From: a virus
Lineage: Duplodnaviria > Caudoviricetes
Virus record (IMG/VR): IMGVR_UViG_3300021167_000382
Span: 128,001 to 192,000 of that record
Length of the DNA: 64,000 nt
Direction: 5' to 3' (one strand)
This document shows positions 50,810 to 60,232 of this stretch, in pieces. Positions within the stretch are counted from its first letter, which is position 1; each line of letters starts with the position of its first letter. Below the pieces are notes generated by a model, which had not been told where the DNA came from, made no database searches, and was given only the letters and a program-made list of their open reading frames with translations. The position numbers and the translations under genes were made by a program.

Positions 50810-51985
50810 TTATTCGAACGTTTGATCTTGAAGATAGCGACCCAAGTCACTCGGTTGGACAGTAAAACCTGCTGCATTACGATGGCCACCGCCATTGAAC
50901 AGTTCACAGATCACGTTGACCGGCGGACCGTCGTCCGTGCCACGAACAGTAAGTCGAGCACGACCGTCCCGAGTAGAGAGAAATACCACGATCGCTGTGT
51001 TAATCTTTTCTTTGAAATGGTCCAAGATAACAGAAGCGAGTTGAGACCGTCCATCGCTATGAAACGCGTAAGCGATCTTATACTCATGCTCCTTATACTT
51101 CCAAGTCATAAAGAAAACGGATTCCTTTACGATGTTAGCTTGAATCAATTCACGACTCTTTGTCACAGCTTCACCCATTTGGAGAAGCTTAGTCAGAAAC
51201 CCGATAGATTCGGTTGCATTACCAGCGAAAGAGAAAAGCTGACGAAGGATTTCAGTGTGTCTGACTTCGACATCAAACCAACATGAGAGATCCTTTGCCT
51301 CTTTTGAAAGCTGTTTATGTAGCACGCCATCGCCATTTTTATACTGCCAGGTGTCATGGAAATGAGTCAGGTAGGCGATACGTTCGGTCACATAGAGTTC
51401 TTTAGGACGACATGACGCCGAACGAGCGGTTGCTACCATACGCCAAGTCAACTCAGCCGTCGAGTACACGTCGGTGATGAAGATGGTATCGTTGTCAATA
51501 CGAATCTCAACGTCATCCTTCTCTTGGATGAGATGATGGTCCACCCAAACCACATGGCTGAACTTATTTTTTAAAATACCATAAAGCTCGGCGTTGAAAC
51601 TATGATCGAGAATAAATACTGCATAGTCATCGTCGTAAGACGAAACAGTTTCTTCAGCATTCTTAAAGAACGCTGATCCAGATCCAATCTCCACCAGTGA
51701 TACATCTTCAGAGATTCCTGAAACCTTGAGATAGTCTTCAAGAATCAATGCGGCAACAACACCGTCTTGATCGCTGTCATGAATGATCAGAATACGAGCA
51801 CCTGCGACATAGTTCTTGGTCAACTCTAGGAGCGCTTCACCTGCACAGCAGTCGTGTGACGTGTACTTCGCTCCAAGATAGTTACTGAGTCCTGCGCCAA
51901 TATCGCCATTTTCTACTAATGGAACCGCAACGCCTCTGAGTAGTTCATGATATTGCAACAACTTTGTGATTTTGATATTTTCCAT
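50810..51985 (-). CDS. DHH/DHHA1 family phosphoesterase
   Basis: HDSDQDG, ILDHS, WVDHH, GGGHRNAAGF; probable start MENIK at 51985. Confidence 0.88.
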   Translation of the reverse strand: MENIKITKLLQYHELLRGVAVPLVENGDIGAGLSNYLGAKYTSHDCCAGEALLELTKNYVAGARILIIHDSDQDGVVAALILEDYLKVSGISEDVSLVEIGSGSAFFKNAEETVSSYDDDYAVFILDHSFNAELYGILKNKFSHVVWVDHHLIQEKDDVEIRIDNDTIFITDVYSTAELTWRMVATARSASCRPKELYVTERIAYLTHFHDTWQYKNGDGVLHKQLSKEAKDLSCWFDVEVRHTEILRQLFSFAGNATESIGFLTKLLQMGEAVTKSRELIQANIVKESVFFMTWKYKEHEYKIAYAFHSDGRSQLASVILDHFKEKINTAIVVFLSTRDGRARLTVRGTDDGPPVNVICELFNGGGHRNAAGFTVQPSDLGRYLQDQTFE

Positions 51986-51989
51986 AGCT

Positions 51990-52400
51990 CTATTTCCAAC
52001 GATTGAAGGCAAAGTGAATAACTGAATTTTGAAAATGAGGATGGAGATCTTCCATATGGAATTCTTCTTGTTCGGTAGTCTGAATAATCTGAACCATGAC
52101 ATCGACTACTGCCTCTGGTCGTAGTTTCAACTGATGTCGTCGGATGATGGTTAAAACGATTGCATTCTGAAGGGATGCTTCTTGATCAGAGGTTCCATCC
52201 GGTAATCCTAAAGCTTGATCTCTCAACCAGGTTCTACAAAAAGGCTTCATCGGTGGTATAGGGGTACAGTCAATACTAGGCTGCATCCGGAATACCATCT
52301 CGCCATCATAAACCATGAGCTGAGCCGTACCGTAATCTATAGAAGCAACAACATAAGCGGTTGTCCGATAGAAGTTTTGTTGTAACTTAATGATATTCAT
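51990..52400 (-). CDS. Hypothetical protein
   Basis: 136-aa ORF in operon. Confidence 0.6.
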   Translation of the reverse strand: MNIIKLQQNFYRTTAYVVASIDYGTAQLMVYDGEMVFRMQPSIDCTPIPPMKPFCRTWLRDQALGLPDGTSDQEASLQNAIVLTIIRRHQLKLRPEAVVDVMVQIIQTTEQEEFHMEDLHPHFQNSVIHFAFNRWK

Positions 52401-52446
52401 GGCCAGTTATCCGATTTAAGGGTAGGGACTACCCTACCCTTGATCA

Positions 52447-53025
52447 TCAGTAGTGTCTAACTACTTTACCTTCATAACGAAGGATCATTCGTAGGAAGCC
52501 TTCCTTCGTATAGACCACAGCTACATCACCTGTATTCGGAAATTCGATATCCCAGAAATCCAGAGGTTCAGTGCCGAAGAACGTCGAGGGAATCTTTTCA
52601 AAGGGACCTTTGAGCGGACAGACGCCAGCTCCATCTTTCTTGATGAAGTAGTTTAGCGGTTCGGATAGACCAATCGCTGCGACAGTTTCATGTACCTGAC
52701 AACGCTTCAGGTATATATTGAAGGCGTTCAGGAACATCGCGTCCTGTTTCGTTGACACACGCTGCAGTCCCTCATAGCGTGAATCCGTATCCTGCGATAC
52801 CCAAGGAAAACCTGACTTAGCCAGCAGTGAGTAAGCTTCTGTGATATAGATCTCAGGAGGTACAGTGAACACGAAATCCGCACCATATACCAATGCTTGA
52901 CCGTAGGTAGCTAGAAAGCTACTGATTGCTGGTACATCGTCATTCTTAAACACAGGAATACGCTGTGTCGCAGCCAATTCAGCAAAGGCATCGCATACTT
53001 CAGTATAGCTAAGATAATCCGACAT
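52447..53025 (-). CDS. Hypothetical protein
   Basis: 192-aa ORF with GGAG RBS. Confidence 0.65.
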   Translation of the reverse strand: MSDYLSYTEVCDAFAELAATQRIPVFKNDDVPAISSFLATYGQALVYGADFVFTVPPEIYITEAYSLLAKSGFPWVSQDTDSRYEGLQRVSTKQDAMFLNAFNIYLKRCQVHETVAAIGLSEPLNYFIKKDGAGVCPLKGPFEKIPSTFFGTEPLDFWDIEFPNTGDVAVVYTKEGFLRMILRYEGKVVRHY

Positions 53026-53130
53026 GTTAACTCCAAAAGTGAACTTGATTCATTCCATCTAACTTAAATAGAAAAACATACACAGGAGGGTCGCCCCTCC
53101 TGTGTATGGGTAGCGATTAGGCTATGGGTA

Positions 53131-53376
53131 TTACGGTGCAGGGGTTTCCTGAACCGGTGCCGGCGAAGCAACCCACGCCTGGCGTGCGGCTTCATCGGTG
53201 ACTTGCATTTCACCCAGGGTGTAGATCATGCCTTCTTGCGGTTCAGTCGGGTACGGGTCAGCGATGACCGGGACCCATTGACCATACGGCAAGCCGGAAG
53301 CGATGGATGCATTTTCCTGGCAGCAGAGTTCGGTCAGGGAGATGACTTGCTTGGAAACTTTATTGCAGTAAAACAT
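53131..53376 (-). CDS. Small putative virion accessory protein
   Basis: 81 aa, AAGGAG RBS, GC-richer codons; terminator at 53077-53108. Confidence 0.6.
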   Translation of the reverse strand: MFYCNKVSKQVISLTELCCQENASIASGLPYGQWVPVIADPYPTEPQEGMIYTLGEMQVTDEAARQAWVASPAPVQETPAP

Positions 53377-53391
53377 CAGGGATCTCCTTGA

Positions 53392-53793
53392 TTACTTCGA
53401 GTCGCTGGAAACGACGCCCATTTCGAAACGGACGCCGCCATCGCGGGTGTAGCCAGCCAGGACGCAACGGCCCGAGGTCGGCAGGGTGGGAGGCGTGCCC
53501 TTGTCCCACTTGAAGGAAGCCGGCCAGGTCACGTTAGTTGCAGCAGTCAGAACGATTTCCAGTAGGAACTCATCGATGACGCCGGAAGCCAGCGGGTTGA
53601 TGACAGAGACAGAGACAGCGGCGCCGCTCAGATTCAGAACGTGAACGTCGCTCTTGGAAAGATCGACGACGCCTGCGGCGACGGTAGCGATCTCGTTACC
53701 GTTGCTTTTTCCCCAGACACTATTGTTGGCGATAAAACGCTGACCGTTGAGGCGAATAGTTGCGCCGTCTACCGGATTGTTCGGAAAGTCCAT
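53392..53793 (-). CDS. Small putative virion/fibre accessory protein
   Basis: MDFPNNPVDG...NG..F...W N-motif and VTWPASFKW.GT.PTL...YTRDGG C-domain typical of fibre ends. Confidence 0.65.
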   Translation of the reverse strand: MDFPNNPVDGATIRLNGQRFIANNSVWGKSNGNEIATVAAGVVDLSKSDVHVLNLSGAAVSVSVINPLASGVIDEFLLEIVLTAATNVTWPASFKWDKGTPPTLPTSGRCVLAGYTRDGGVRFEMGVVSSDSK

Positions 53794-53854
53794 TGGAACT
53801 CCTCTAGTTAACAGTAAAGAAAAACCTATACTCCACCTTATTTCAGACTTTTAC

Positions 53855-54295
53855 TCAGAACTGAGTTTTTAGTAGTAAGCGATCCTTTAAAACGCTAGTA
53901 ATATCCTTCATCACGTCGCTGTTTGTTGTTTCGGCCGTCAGCCGAATTTTGACTGAAATACCGTGTCTCTGGTCAACTAGTTCAATGTCTTCATAGAGCG
54001 CGGTCCTATCTTCAGTTAGGAAGAAACAACGAAGTTTCTTAGGGATCTCTAAAAAACGTTTCTTCAACTGCATCAGTTTATACCGAACATAATAACCTGA
54101 TGAAATTGACTCTGGTAGATTTTCCTTCTTGAGCATGAGAACTTCTTCATCGCTGATACATCCGAAGTCTTCAGGTGACATATCCATTAACTTGATTGGA
54201 TTTGAATCTTCATCATAAATGACGATACCTGTCTTTTCAGGATTCACTGAAAAAGAGACAGGCCAACCAAAACCTTGGGTGGTGGTGTTAGTCAT
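53855..54295 (-). CDS. Hypothetical protein
   Basis: 146-aa ORF with AGGAG RBS. Confidence 0.65.
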   Translation of the reverse strand: MTNTTTQGFGWPVSFSVNPEKTGIVIYDEDSNPIKLMDMSPEDFGCISDEEVLMLKKENLPESISSGYYVRYKLMQLKKRFLEIPKKLRCFFLTEDRTALYEDIELVDQRHGISVKIRLTAETTNSDVMKDITSVLKDRLLLKTQF

Positions 54296-54322
54296 GGCGA
54301 ACTCCTAGTTTATTGAGGGATC

Positions 54323-54454
54323 TTATTCTTGAGGGTTCCGTAATTCGAGCTTTTTCTTCACGATATCGAAAATCTCAGAAATGAAACTTATATTTGCAGT
54401 GTTAAAAAGAATGCGAATTCTGACATCTAGTCCTGTTATTTTATCCTTCAGGAA
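54323..54454 (-). pseudogene. Start-less 3' remnant of a paralog of 53855-54295
   Basis: 43 codons FLKDKITGLDVRIRILFNTANISFISEIFDIVKKKLELRNPQE align with ELVDQRHGISVKIRLTAETTNSDVMKDITSVLKDRLLLKTQF. Confidence 0.55.
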
Positions 54455-55048
54455 TCACACTACTGGGAGTTGCACACCTGTTTGTCCTTGGTATTTACCA
54501 CCACGGTCAGCATAGGACACATCACAAGGCTCACCCTCAAAGAAGATGAACTGTGCGATGCCTTCATTGACATAAACACGAATTGGGGACGGCGTTCCAT
54601 TTGCTGCTTCGATGACCACATACCCTTCAAACCCTGCTTCGATTGGCGTACAGTTGATCAGTAGACCGGAGCGAGCGTAAGTTGATTTCCCAACCACAAT
54701 CACTTGGATATTTCGAGGAATACAGAAGTACTCTTCCGTTCGACCCAGTAAGTAACCATTTGGCGGAAGAATTACATAAGAACTACCGTCTTCATCTTCG
54801 AGGAGTTCCAGGTCAAGTAGAAGCTTTTTCTCATCGAAACGCTTTGGATCAACAATCCCGCCAAGCATGTTGTGAAAGATCTTCACATCGCTTGCAAGTT
54901 TAACATCATAGCCATAGGAGGAAAGTCCATGGCTGATGACTTTAGCTGCCTCCGTCTTGCGAATAAGCCTGTTGCTGAACGGAGCAATCATCGGCTTGAG
55001 TAAAGCCTCATCACTCAGCAGCGTAATCTGGGTATCATTGAGGACCAT
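54455..55048 (-). CDS. dcd: dCTP deaminase
   Basis: ISHGLSSYGYDV, GKSTYARSG, TPIEAGFEG, EGIAQ, SYADRGGKYQGQ. Confidence 0.95.
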   Translation of the reverse strand: MVLNDTQITLLSDEALLKPMIAPFSNRLIRKTEAAKVISHGLSSYGYDVKLASDVKIFHNMLGGIVDPKRFDEKKLLLDLELLEDEDGSSYVILPPNGYLLGRTEEYFCIPRNIQVIVVGKSTYARSGLLINCTPIEAGFEGYVVIEAANGTPSPIRVYVNEGIAQFIFFEGEPCDVSYADRGGKYQGQTGVQLPVV

Positions 55049-55151
55049 TTAGTTTCTCCTAATTATGCATAGTAAGTTGATCTACAGAATGAAGCCCGGA
55101 AACAAAAAAAGAAAGAGAGGGACATTGTCCCTCTCCATCTCTAGCGAACTA

Positions 55152-55388
55152 TCAGTCAGTCGCTTCAATATCCATCATGACTTCCAGTCGATCAAGGATG
55201 TCGTCGATGAAGATCTTGCGGCCAATAGGAAGTTCTTTCAAGAGTCGATCGTATTCCGTTCGAATCTTGGTATCCTGACAACCAACGATCGCTTCTCTGA
55301 TATAACCGATACGGCGAACGCGAAGGATGTTTTCGACTTCATAGGTCAGGCAACGGAGATCAGGCGTACTGAGTTTACTGACATCAAT
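55152..55388 (-). other. In-frame open continuation (78 codons) after the TGA of 55389-56258
   Basis: IDVSKLSTPDLRCLTYEVENILRVRRIGYIREAIVGCQDTKIRTEYDRLLKELPIGRKIFIDDILDRLEVMMDIEATD*, ending just before the terminator; no early ATG/GTG. Confidence 0.55.
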
Positions 55389-56258
55389 TCAAAGACGTTC
55401 TTCGGTAATCAATGCTGCAGTTGGCTGAATCATGGGACTATCTTCTTCCTTTATTAACGGAGCCGTATTGACATTACGTCCTGAATATTGATTAAAAGAC
55501 GTGAACGAATTCTTCGGAGATTCTTGGGTACTGACACCTGTGATCTTTTCTACTAGGTCATCTTGCATATCCAGAAACTCTTCGATCATCGTGACCAGTG
55601 TCTCAACGCCTGCATCCGTAAAACCTCGTTGAATGAGCGTTTGTTTAAAATAACTAGGAACACACCGAGGTTTCGTCTGCATTTGCGCCATCGATATAGC
55701 GACACCGTTCCGTTTTGGTATGGCGATCACCACACTACGGCCGCTTGTGAGGGAGTCCATCGCATAAGCTGTAACTTGCTGTTGATATATAGGCGACCAG
55801 CAACAGAGCCCATCGTCAGTATTGGTGAGTTTCCCCATAAGGACGGTTTTCCAATCCTTTATAACCTGCAGGGTCATCACTGAAACGAGCGGGTCACAGA
55901 CAAGACTATATCTAAACGGAATCGAACCTCTCCAGAGAAACGACTTTGCCAGATTAAAAGGTTCTTTTTCCTTGAAACCAAATAGCAAGCTGGAGACCTT
56001 TTTAGACTGGAATAAATCAGGTCTATTAGGAACACCGAAATCAACAGCAGCTTGGTTTTGTTGAGAACCTGGCATTCTAAATTCCGGAGTAATAGCTTTC
56101 TTCACAAGGTTTTCAAAGTAACCGGATATCGCTGGTGATTTATCGATAAATGCGATTATCAACGCGATGATGACTTCGACGCTGAATTCCGCTGGCCATT
56201 TCTTAGGGAATTTAAAATCGCCATACTTGACAGATAAATCAGCAGGCGTAAGCATCAC
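55389..56258 (-). CDS. Hypothetical protein
   Basis: 289-aa ORF coupled to the upstream gene. Confidence 0.65.
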   Translation of the reverse strand: MMLTPADLSVKYGDFKFPKKWPAEFSVEVIIALIIAFIDKSPAISGYFENLVKKAITPEFRMPGSQQNQAAVDFGVPNRPDLFQSKKVSSLLFGFKEKEPFNLAKSFLWRGSIPFRYSLVCDPLVSVMTLQVIKDWKTVLMGKLTNTDDGLCCWSPIYQQQVTAYAMDSLTSGRSVVIAIPKRNGVAISMAQMQTKPRCVPSYFKQTLIQRGFTDAGVETLVTMIEEFLDMQDDLVEKITGVSTQESPKNSFTSFNQYSGRNVNTAPLIKEEDSPMIQPTAALITEERL

Positions 56259-56536
56259 TTTATGAACCCGGCTACCAGAAGGTACGTGTATGTGAAATCA
56301 TACTTAAGCATTTCAGAATCATGAGCGTAATGGATAAAGGCGCACAGTTCTTCCTGTCCTTCGAAATCAAACCGAAGTTGACTGACCTCATCAATGAAAA
56401 CACGACCCACTCGAAGATTACCTTCTTCTGTTTCCAAGTTAATCATTATGTAACGAGAGTTACCATAGCGAACCAGACTGCATTTAAAGTCGTTCTTAAT
56501 AGTAGGAACAACGAATTCAATTTTTCGTAACGTCAT
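56255..56536 (-). CDS. Hypothetical early protein
   Basis: 93-aa ORF, AGGAG RBS, first gene after the promoter motif. Confidence 0.65.
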   Translation of the reverse strand: MTLRKIEFVVPTIKNDFKCSLVRYGNSRYIMINLETEEGNLRVGRVFIDEVSQLRFDFEGQEELCAFIHYAHDSEMLKYDFTYTYLLVAGFIK

Positions 56537-56581
56537 TTTGAATCTCCTAGGTGAAATAGAAGCATAGGCTTCAGGGACACT

Positions 56582-56595
56582 TTAAATATACATGA
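56582..56595 (-). promoter_or_regulatory. Early promoter motif (TCATGTATATTTAA)
   Basis: Identical to the copies at 23337 and 59807. Confidence 0.75.
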
Positions 56596-56643
56596 GTGAA
56601 AATGTTTACATGAATCTTGAAGATAAATAAAAAATAAACGGCA

Positions 56644-56675
56644 TAGACGAGGGAGGCATCGGCCTCCCTCGTCTA
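56644..56675 (-). terminator. Hairpin terminator
   Basis: TAGACGAGGGAGGC-ATCG-GCCTCCCTCGTCTA. Confidence 0.75.
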
Positions 56676-56681
56676 GTGTTA

Positions 56682-57218
56682 TTACGGGACCAGCTTACTT
56701 TCCTGCTCAGTAAGTACAGGTTTGGGTTCTGGGTGAAGCGCGGCATAAAGCTTGAGGAAGAAATCCTCATGCTTCTTCACGAAGTTAACCAGCACCTTAC
56801 TGACATTGATTCGACAGCCCGGTGGCAAACGGTAGTTCAGATTGATGGCGTACGGAGCATCAGTCTTGATAGCATTAGCGATCGAGGCCATGTTATGAAG
56901 CACATGCAGTGAAATAACCGGTGCGAAAGTCTTTTCAGAAAGCGCAGTCGCTTGCTGAAGCATTGCCATGACTTCTTCTTTCGTGACTTCTTCATGGACA
57001 CCTGATACCGTAGCGGCAGCCATCAGCCAAGGCAGATAGCTGTTCTCGATGTAGGTGGCGTATTTTTCTTGACGATCGCCCGTGCCGATGAAGACAGAGG
57101 CTTTCGGGGCAAGAATAGAGCGAGCAGTGATTACCAGATTAACCGGCTTGACACTTTCCAACACTGCGTTTTTAGCAACAACAGCCAAACCGCTCAGTTC
57201 AGTTTCTTTCGATTCCAT
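56682..57218 (-). CDS. Hypothetical protein
   Basis: Probable start MESKETE at 57218. Confidence 0.65.
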   Translation of the reverse strand: MESKETELSGLAVVAKNAVLESVKPVNLVITARSILAPKASVFIGTGDRQEKYATYIENSYLPWLMAAATVSGVHEEVTKEEVMAMLQQATALSEKTFAPVISLHVLHNMASIANAIKTDAPYAINLNYRLPPGCRINVSKVLVNFVKKHEDFFLKLYAALHPEPKPVLTEQESKLVP

Positions 57219-57234
57219 GTTTTTCTTTCTTAAG

Positions 57235-57723
57235 TTAATGAATCCAGGGAGTCGGCTCATACAGAATGAAGTCGTAACTGTCAGACTGATAATACGCCGA
57301 GAGTTTTGAGAGCTTACTATGAATCAAACGTTCTCTGAGTGTGTCATCGACTGGCACTCTCATGAACTGTCGTGGTGCGGTACCTTGGATAATGAACATC
57401 AAAGGCATCATTTTAGCTAATTGGCTTACTTGATCCAATTTACTCATGGCTGTTAAGACAGTCCTTGACAAGTCAACAGCCGTTTCTTCAGGGATAGGAC
57501 TTTCTAATCTACGAGGTCCGAGATAAATAACGATCTCAGGAAAACCTTGATTAACCAGTCCGATGGTGTGGAACATGAGACTATCCACCGATGTCAAATA
57601 GCCATCGACCGGTGATAATTCAATATTCAAACCAATTTCTTCTCCACCCTTGGTCTTCCAGTCAAATAGTTCCTTGACAGTTGAGAAGAATGGAGAAGGA
57701 TCTTGTTTTACACGGGACATCAT
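57235..57723 (-). CDS. Hypothetical protein
   Basis: 162-aa ORF; HTIGLVNQGFPEIV motif resembles DUF4262-type proteins. Confidence 0.55.
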   Translation of the reverse strand: MMSRVKQDPSPFFSTVKELFDWKTKGGEEIGLNIELSPVDGYLTSVDSLMFHTIGLVNQGFPEIVIYLGPRRLESPIPEETAVDLSRTVLTAMSKLDQVSQLAKMMPLMFIIQGTAPRQFMRVPVDDTLRERLIHSKLSKLSAYYQSDSYDFILYEPTPWIH

Positions 57724-59246
57724 GCAGCCGTTTTATTCGATCGAATAACCACATGCTGAATACCGTAGAACTTACAGCGTTCGATCATGTGTTTGCTACC
57801 ATGAGACTCACCATCCCAGAGTATTAGACCAAAAGTAGCATACTGTGCCATTTCTTCATTTCGAATGAATCCGGCAGCTTTCCCATTCTTATCCCAATCA
57901 GCAGGGAACTTCATACAGGGAAGGTTTTCTTCAGCCGCAATAGTGATACAGGATGCATCTGGACCACGTTTTGCAACGCCAGACACGAACTCGATAACCT
58001 TGATCTTAAGATCACGATAACAAGCACGAACCAAATCGTCGTCGTTGATCGTTCGGCTACCAGCGATTAAGAGCTTATGCGCTTTTCCATTCAGGAAATC
58101 ACGCACGTCCTCAATGTATTCGTGTATCCAGGAAAAAGCTTCCGGGTAAGTGATTCGGTATTCCTTCTCATCACCCCAGATGTAGTAATGTGTCAACGGA
58201 ATACTGGAGTTTTTCAACAGACTGCACAGACGTTCATTCTGCTCAATCTTACAAAGAATCGCTTTCTTGATTTCCGCATTGAAGCCCTTCATCTCAGGCT
58301 TCTTATTTCCTTGCTTCTCAAGTGCATCTCGAAGAACACTACCTTCCTTCTTGGCTTGAAAGCCATAGAGGCTTCGTAAGTTGTCATGCTGCTTACCCAA
58401 TGATAACCAATACCAGAATGCTTCCACCGATGAGAAGTAGCCGTATTCGGGATGCTTGAAAGGCGTATGGCCGAAGTTACTCAACAGGCGACCCAGCTCC
58501 GTCTTACCCTTAGAGTAGACGTTGATATGCGTGATGCCGTCTTCTGCTGGATCGAAATCGATCTTCTGATGGTTATGATCATTCTTGAAGTGATGATAGG
58601 CAAGTTCATATTCAAGATTGTTCTTACGGAACTCCGAAACGAACTCCGCGATGATGACCAGTTTACTGGCTTCATACGGTGTCATCGGCGTGATGTTCAA
58701 TTCAGTCTGGTTTTCGATGATACCCCGGAAAGCGTTTTCAACAGCAGGATCACGGGCCATGATCTGTCGGGCTAGGTAGTTACGATACAGCTCTACTGCC
58801 TTAGCATCGTCATTGAGCGATTTGTGTTCAGGATGCTCGAGTGCGAGCAAGCATTGTACATTAGTAGACATCATCGTCCCTTTCTTCTGGACATTGCCAT
58901 AAACCCAATCAAAGAGTTCTAGCGACTGAGAGACTCCGCCTTCTCGATGGAAGAACTCCCATATTTCTTTTACGGTATCGCCATGGCAAGCAGCAGGCTT
59001 ACAATAGCACATGATCAAATCATCCTCTTTCAACGATTCAATCGCTGAGAGAATACGCTGGTCTCTTTCTATGATCCGAGCAATGAAATAGGCTCTGAAT
59101 CGTTCTATGGATTGTTCTCTATTACAAGAATCAGTAATAGGGAAAGGATTCTGAAGTGGCGAAGGGCGGCCGATGTAAACTGCGCGAGTACGTTCTTCAG
59201 GGGAAGCTTTATATTTGTTAATTACTTCCACGGAACACTCCTTCAA
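57720..59246 (-). CDS. Fusion: DUF4326 (plus degenerate copy) - NADAR-like - YspA-type SLOG domain
   Basis: VYIGRPSPLQNPF...CYCKPAACHGD; HINVYSKGKTELGRLLSNF...FSSVEAFWY; LLIAGSR...VSGVA.G.D...PADW...GKAAGFIRNEEM...WDGESHGSKHMI. Confidence 0.8.
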   Translation of the reverse strand: MKECSVEVINKYKASPEERTRAVYIGRPSPLQNPFPITDSCNREQSIERFRAYFIARIIERDQRILSAIESLKEDDLIMCYCKPAACHGDTVKEIWEFFHREGGVSQSLELFDWVYGNVQKKGTMMSTNVQCLLALEHPEHKSLNDDAKAVELYRNYLARQIMARDPAVENAFRGIIENQTELNITPMTPYEASKLVIIAEFVSEFRKNNLEYELAYHHFKNDHNHQKIDFDPAEDGITHINVYSKGKTELGRLLSNFGHTPFKHPEYGYFSSVEAFWYWLSLGKQHDNLRSLYGFQAKKEGSVLRDALEKQGNKKPEMKGFNAEIKKAILCKIEQNERLCSLLKNSSIPLTHYYIWGDEKEYRITYPEAFSWIHEYIEDVRDFLNGKAHKLLIAGSRTINDDDLVRACYRDLKIKVIEFVSGVAKRGPDASCITIAAEENLPCMKFPADWDKNGKAAGFIRNEEMAQYATFGLILWDGESHGSKHMIERCKFYGIQHVVIRSNKTAA

Positions 59247-59323
59247 TTTGACTTAAAGATTTCATGCACTCAATACTTCACCACTGAAGAAAAAAGAGAG
59301 ACCGAAGTCTCTCTAGTTACTGA

Positions 59324-59734
59324 TTAGTCATCGTTGTCAGGTGGGAACTCGGCATCGTAGTCGGCTTGATCCTTGCGCCGACGTTCGACATGCTTCTCTT
59401 TCACCCAACACGCTTTACAGATGTCAAGTGGTTCATCGCCAGAAGGGGCATAAAAATCGTACCATTTCCACTTCAAAGCATCTTTCGCTTCGACCTCTTT
59501 CCCGCAGTCATGACAGGTGACAAGTTCTTCACCTTCACGTTCTTCTGCTTCAGCATTACATGCCTCGCAGCAAACGTAAGACGCTACTGTACCGAAAGTA
59601 TCCATCTCTTTACGGTTATAAGCAGCACATGAAGGATCTGCTTCGACATGTGGACAGCAGCTGTCGTCAGCGGCATGCTCTTTCTTATATGCTACCGATT
59701 TTCTTTCGATATAATCCACTGTAAACCAGTTCAT
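59324..59734 (-). CDS. Cys-rich (zinc-binding) early protein
   Basis: CCPH, CCEAC, CHDC, CKAC; AGGAG RBS. Confidence 0.7.
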   Translation of the reverse strand: MNWFTVDYIERKSVAYKKEHAADDSCCPHVEADPSCAAYNRKEMDTFGTVASYVCCEACNAEAEEREGEELVTCHDCGKEVEAKDALKWKWYDFYAPSGDEPLDICKACWVKEKHVERRRKDQADYDAEFPPDNDD

Positions 59735-59806
59735 GGTAAATCTCCTAATGCGCTATGAAGAAGACCCGTCGTAGCTCAGGTTAAAGATAATGCGACTAAC
59801 TACACT

Positions 59807-59820
59807 TTAAATATACATGA
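59807..59820 (-). promoter_or_regulatory. Early promoter motif (TCATGTATATTTAA)
   Basis: Consensus match; terminator of the upstream operon at 59842-59876. Confidence 0.75.
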
Positions 59821-59882
59821 ATAAAAAAGAATAGAAACACATAGGACAGAGACGGGAACTCCCCGTCTCTGTCCTAGTTAAA

Positions 59883-60221
59883 TTATTTCTTCGTTGATTC
59901 AGCTGCTGCCAGTTCGTTATTCGTCTTGACCTTGGTTTTCAATTCCGTCATTGTAGACAGAATCGTATTCCAAAAGCTTGATCCGCCGGACACTGCAAGG
60001 CCGGTGATAAGCACCGTAGCCCATAAAGGCATCGATACCGATGGGATGGTCAAGGGTGCGCTGTATGCCAGCCCAGCGCCGAATAGACCAGAGAGGACCT
60101 GATACACGGAAGGATTCACTTCCAGCTTGCTTAGCCAAGCTTTCTTGAAGATATCGGTCAGTCGCTCTGCCGCCACACTCAACAGTGCGAAGTACGTGAT
60201 GATTTCGGTGAATTTATCCAA
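59883..60221 (-). CDS. Small multi-pass membrane protein (holin-like)
   Basis: Three hydrophobic segments; LITGLAVSGGSSFWN motif; basic C-tail. Confidence 0.6.
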   Translation of the reverse strand: MDKFTEIITYFALLSVAAERLTDIFKKAWLSKLEVNPSVYQVLSGLFGAGLAYSAPLTIPSVSMPLWATVLITGLAVSGGSSFWNTILSTMTELKTKVKTNNELAAAESTKK

Positions 60222-60232
60222 ACTATGACTCC

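Noticed and set aside
54323-55391. Genome-wide TGA recoding suggested by two in-frame tails after TGA
   Set aside because: Other genes end normally at TGA (spike ending HHSH, tmk, sbcD) and long genes are not fragmented in the standard code
59766-59800. tRNA-like GTAGCTCAG segment
   Set aside because: No T-arm (TTCRA) or acceptor stem; no tRNA recognised in the window
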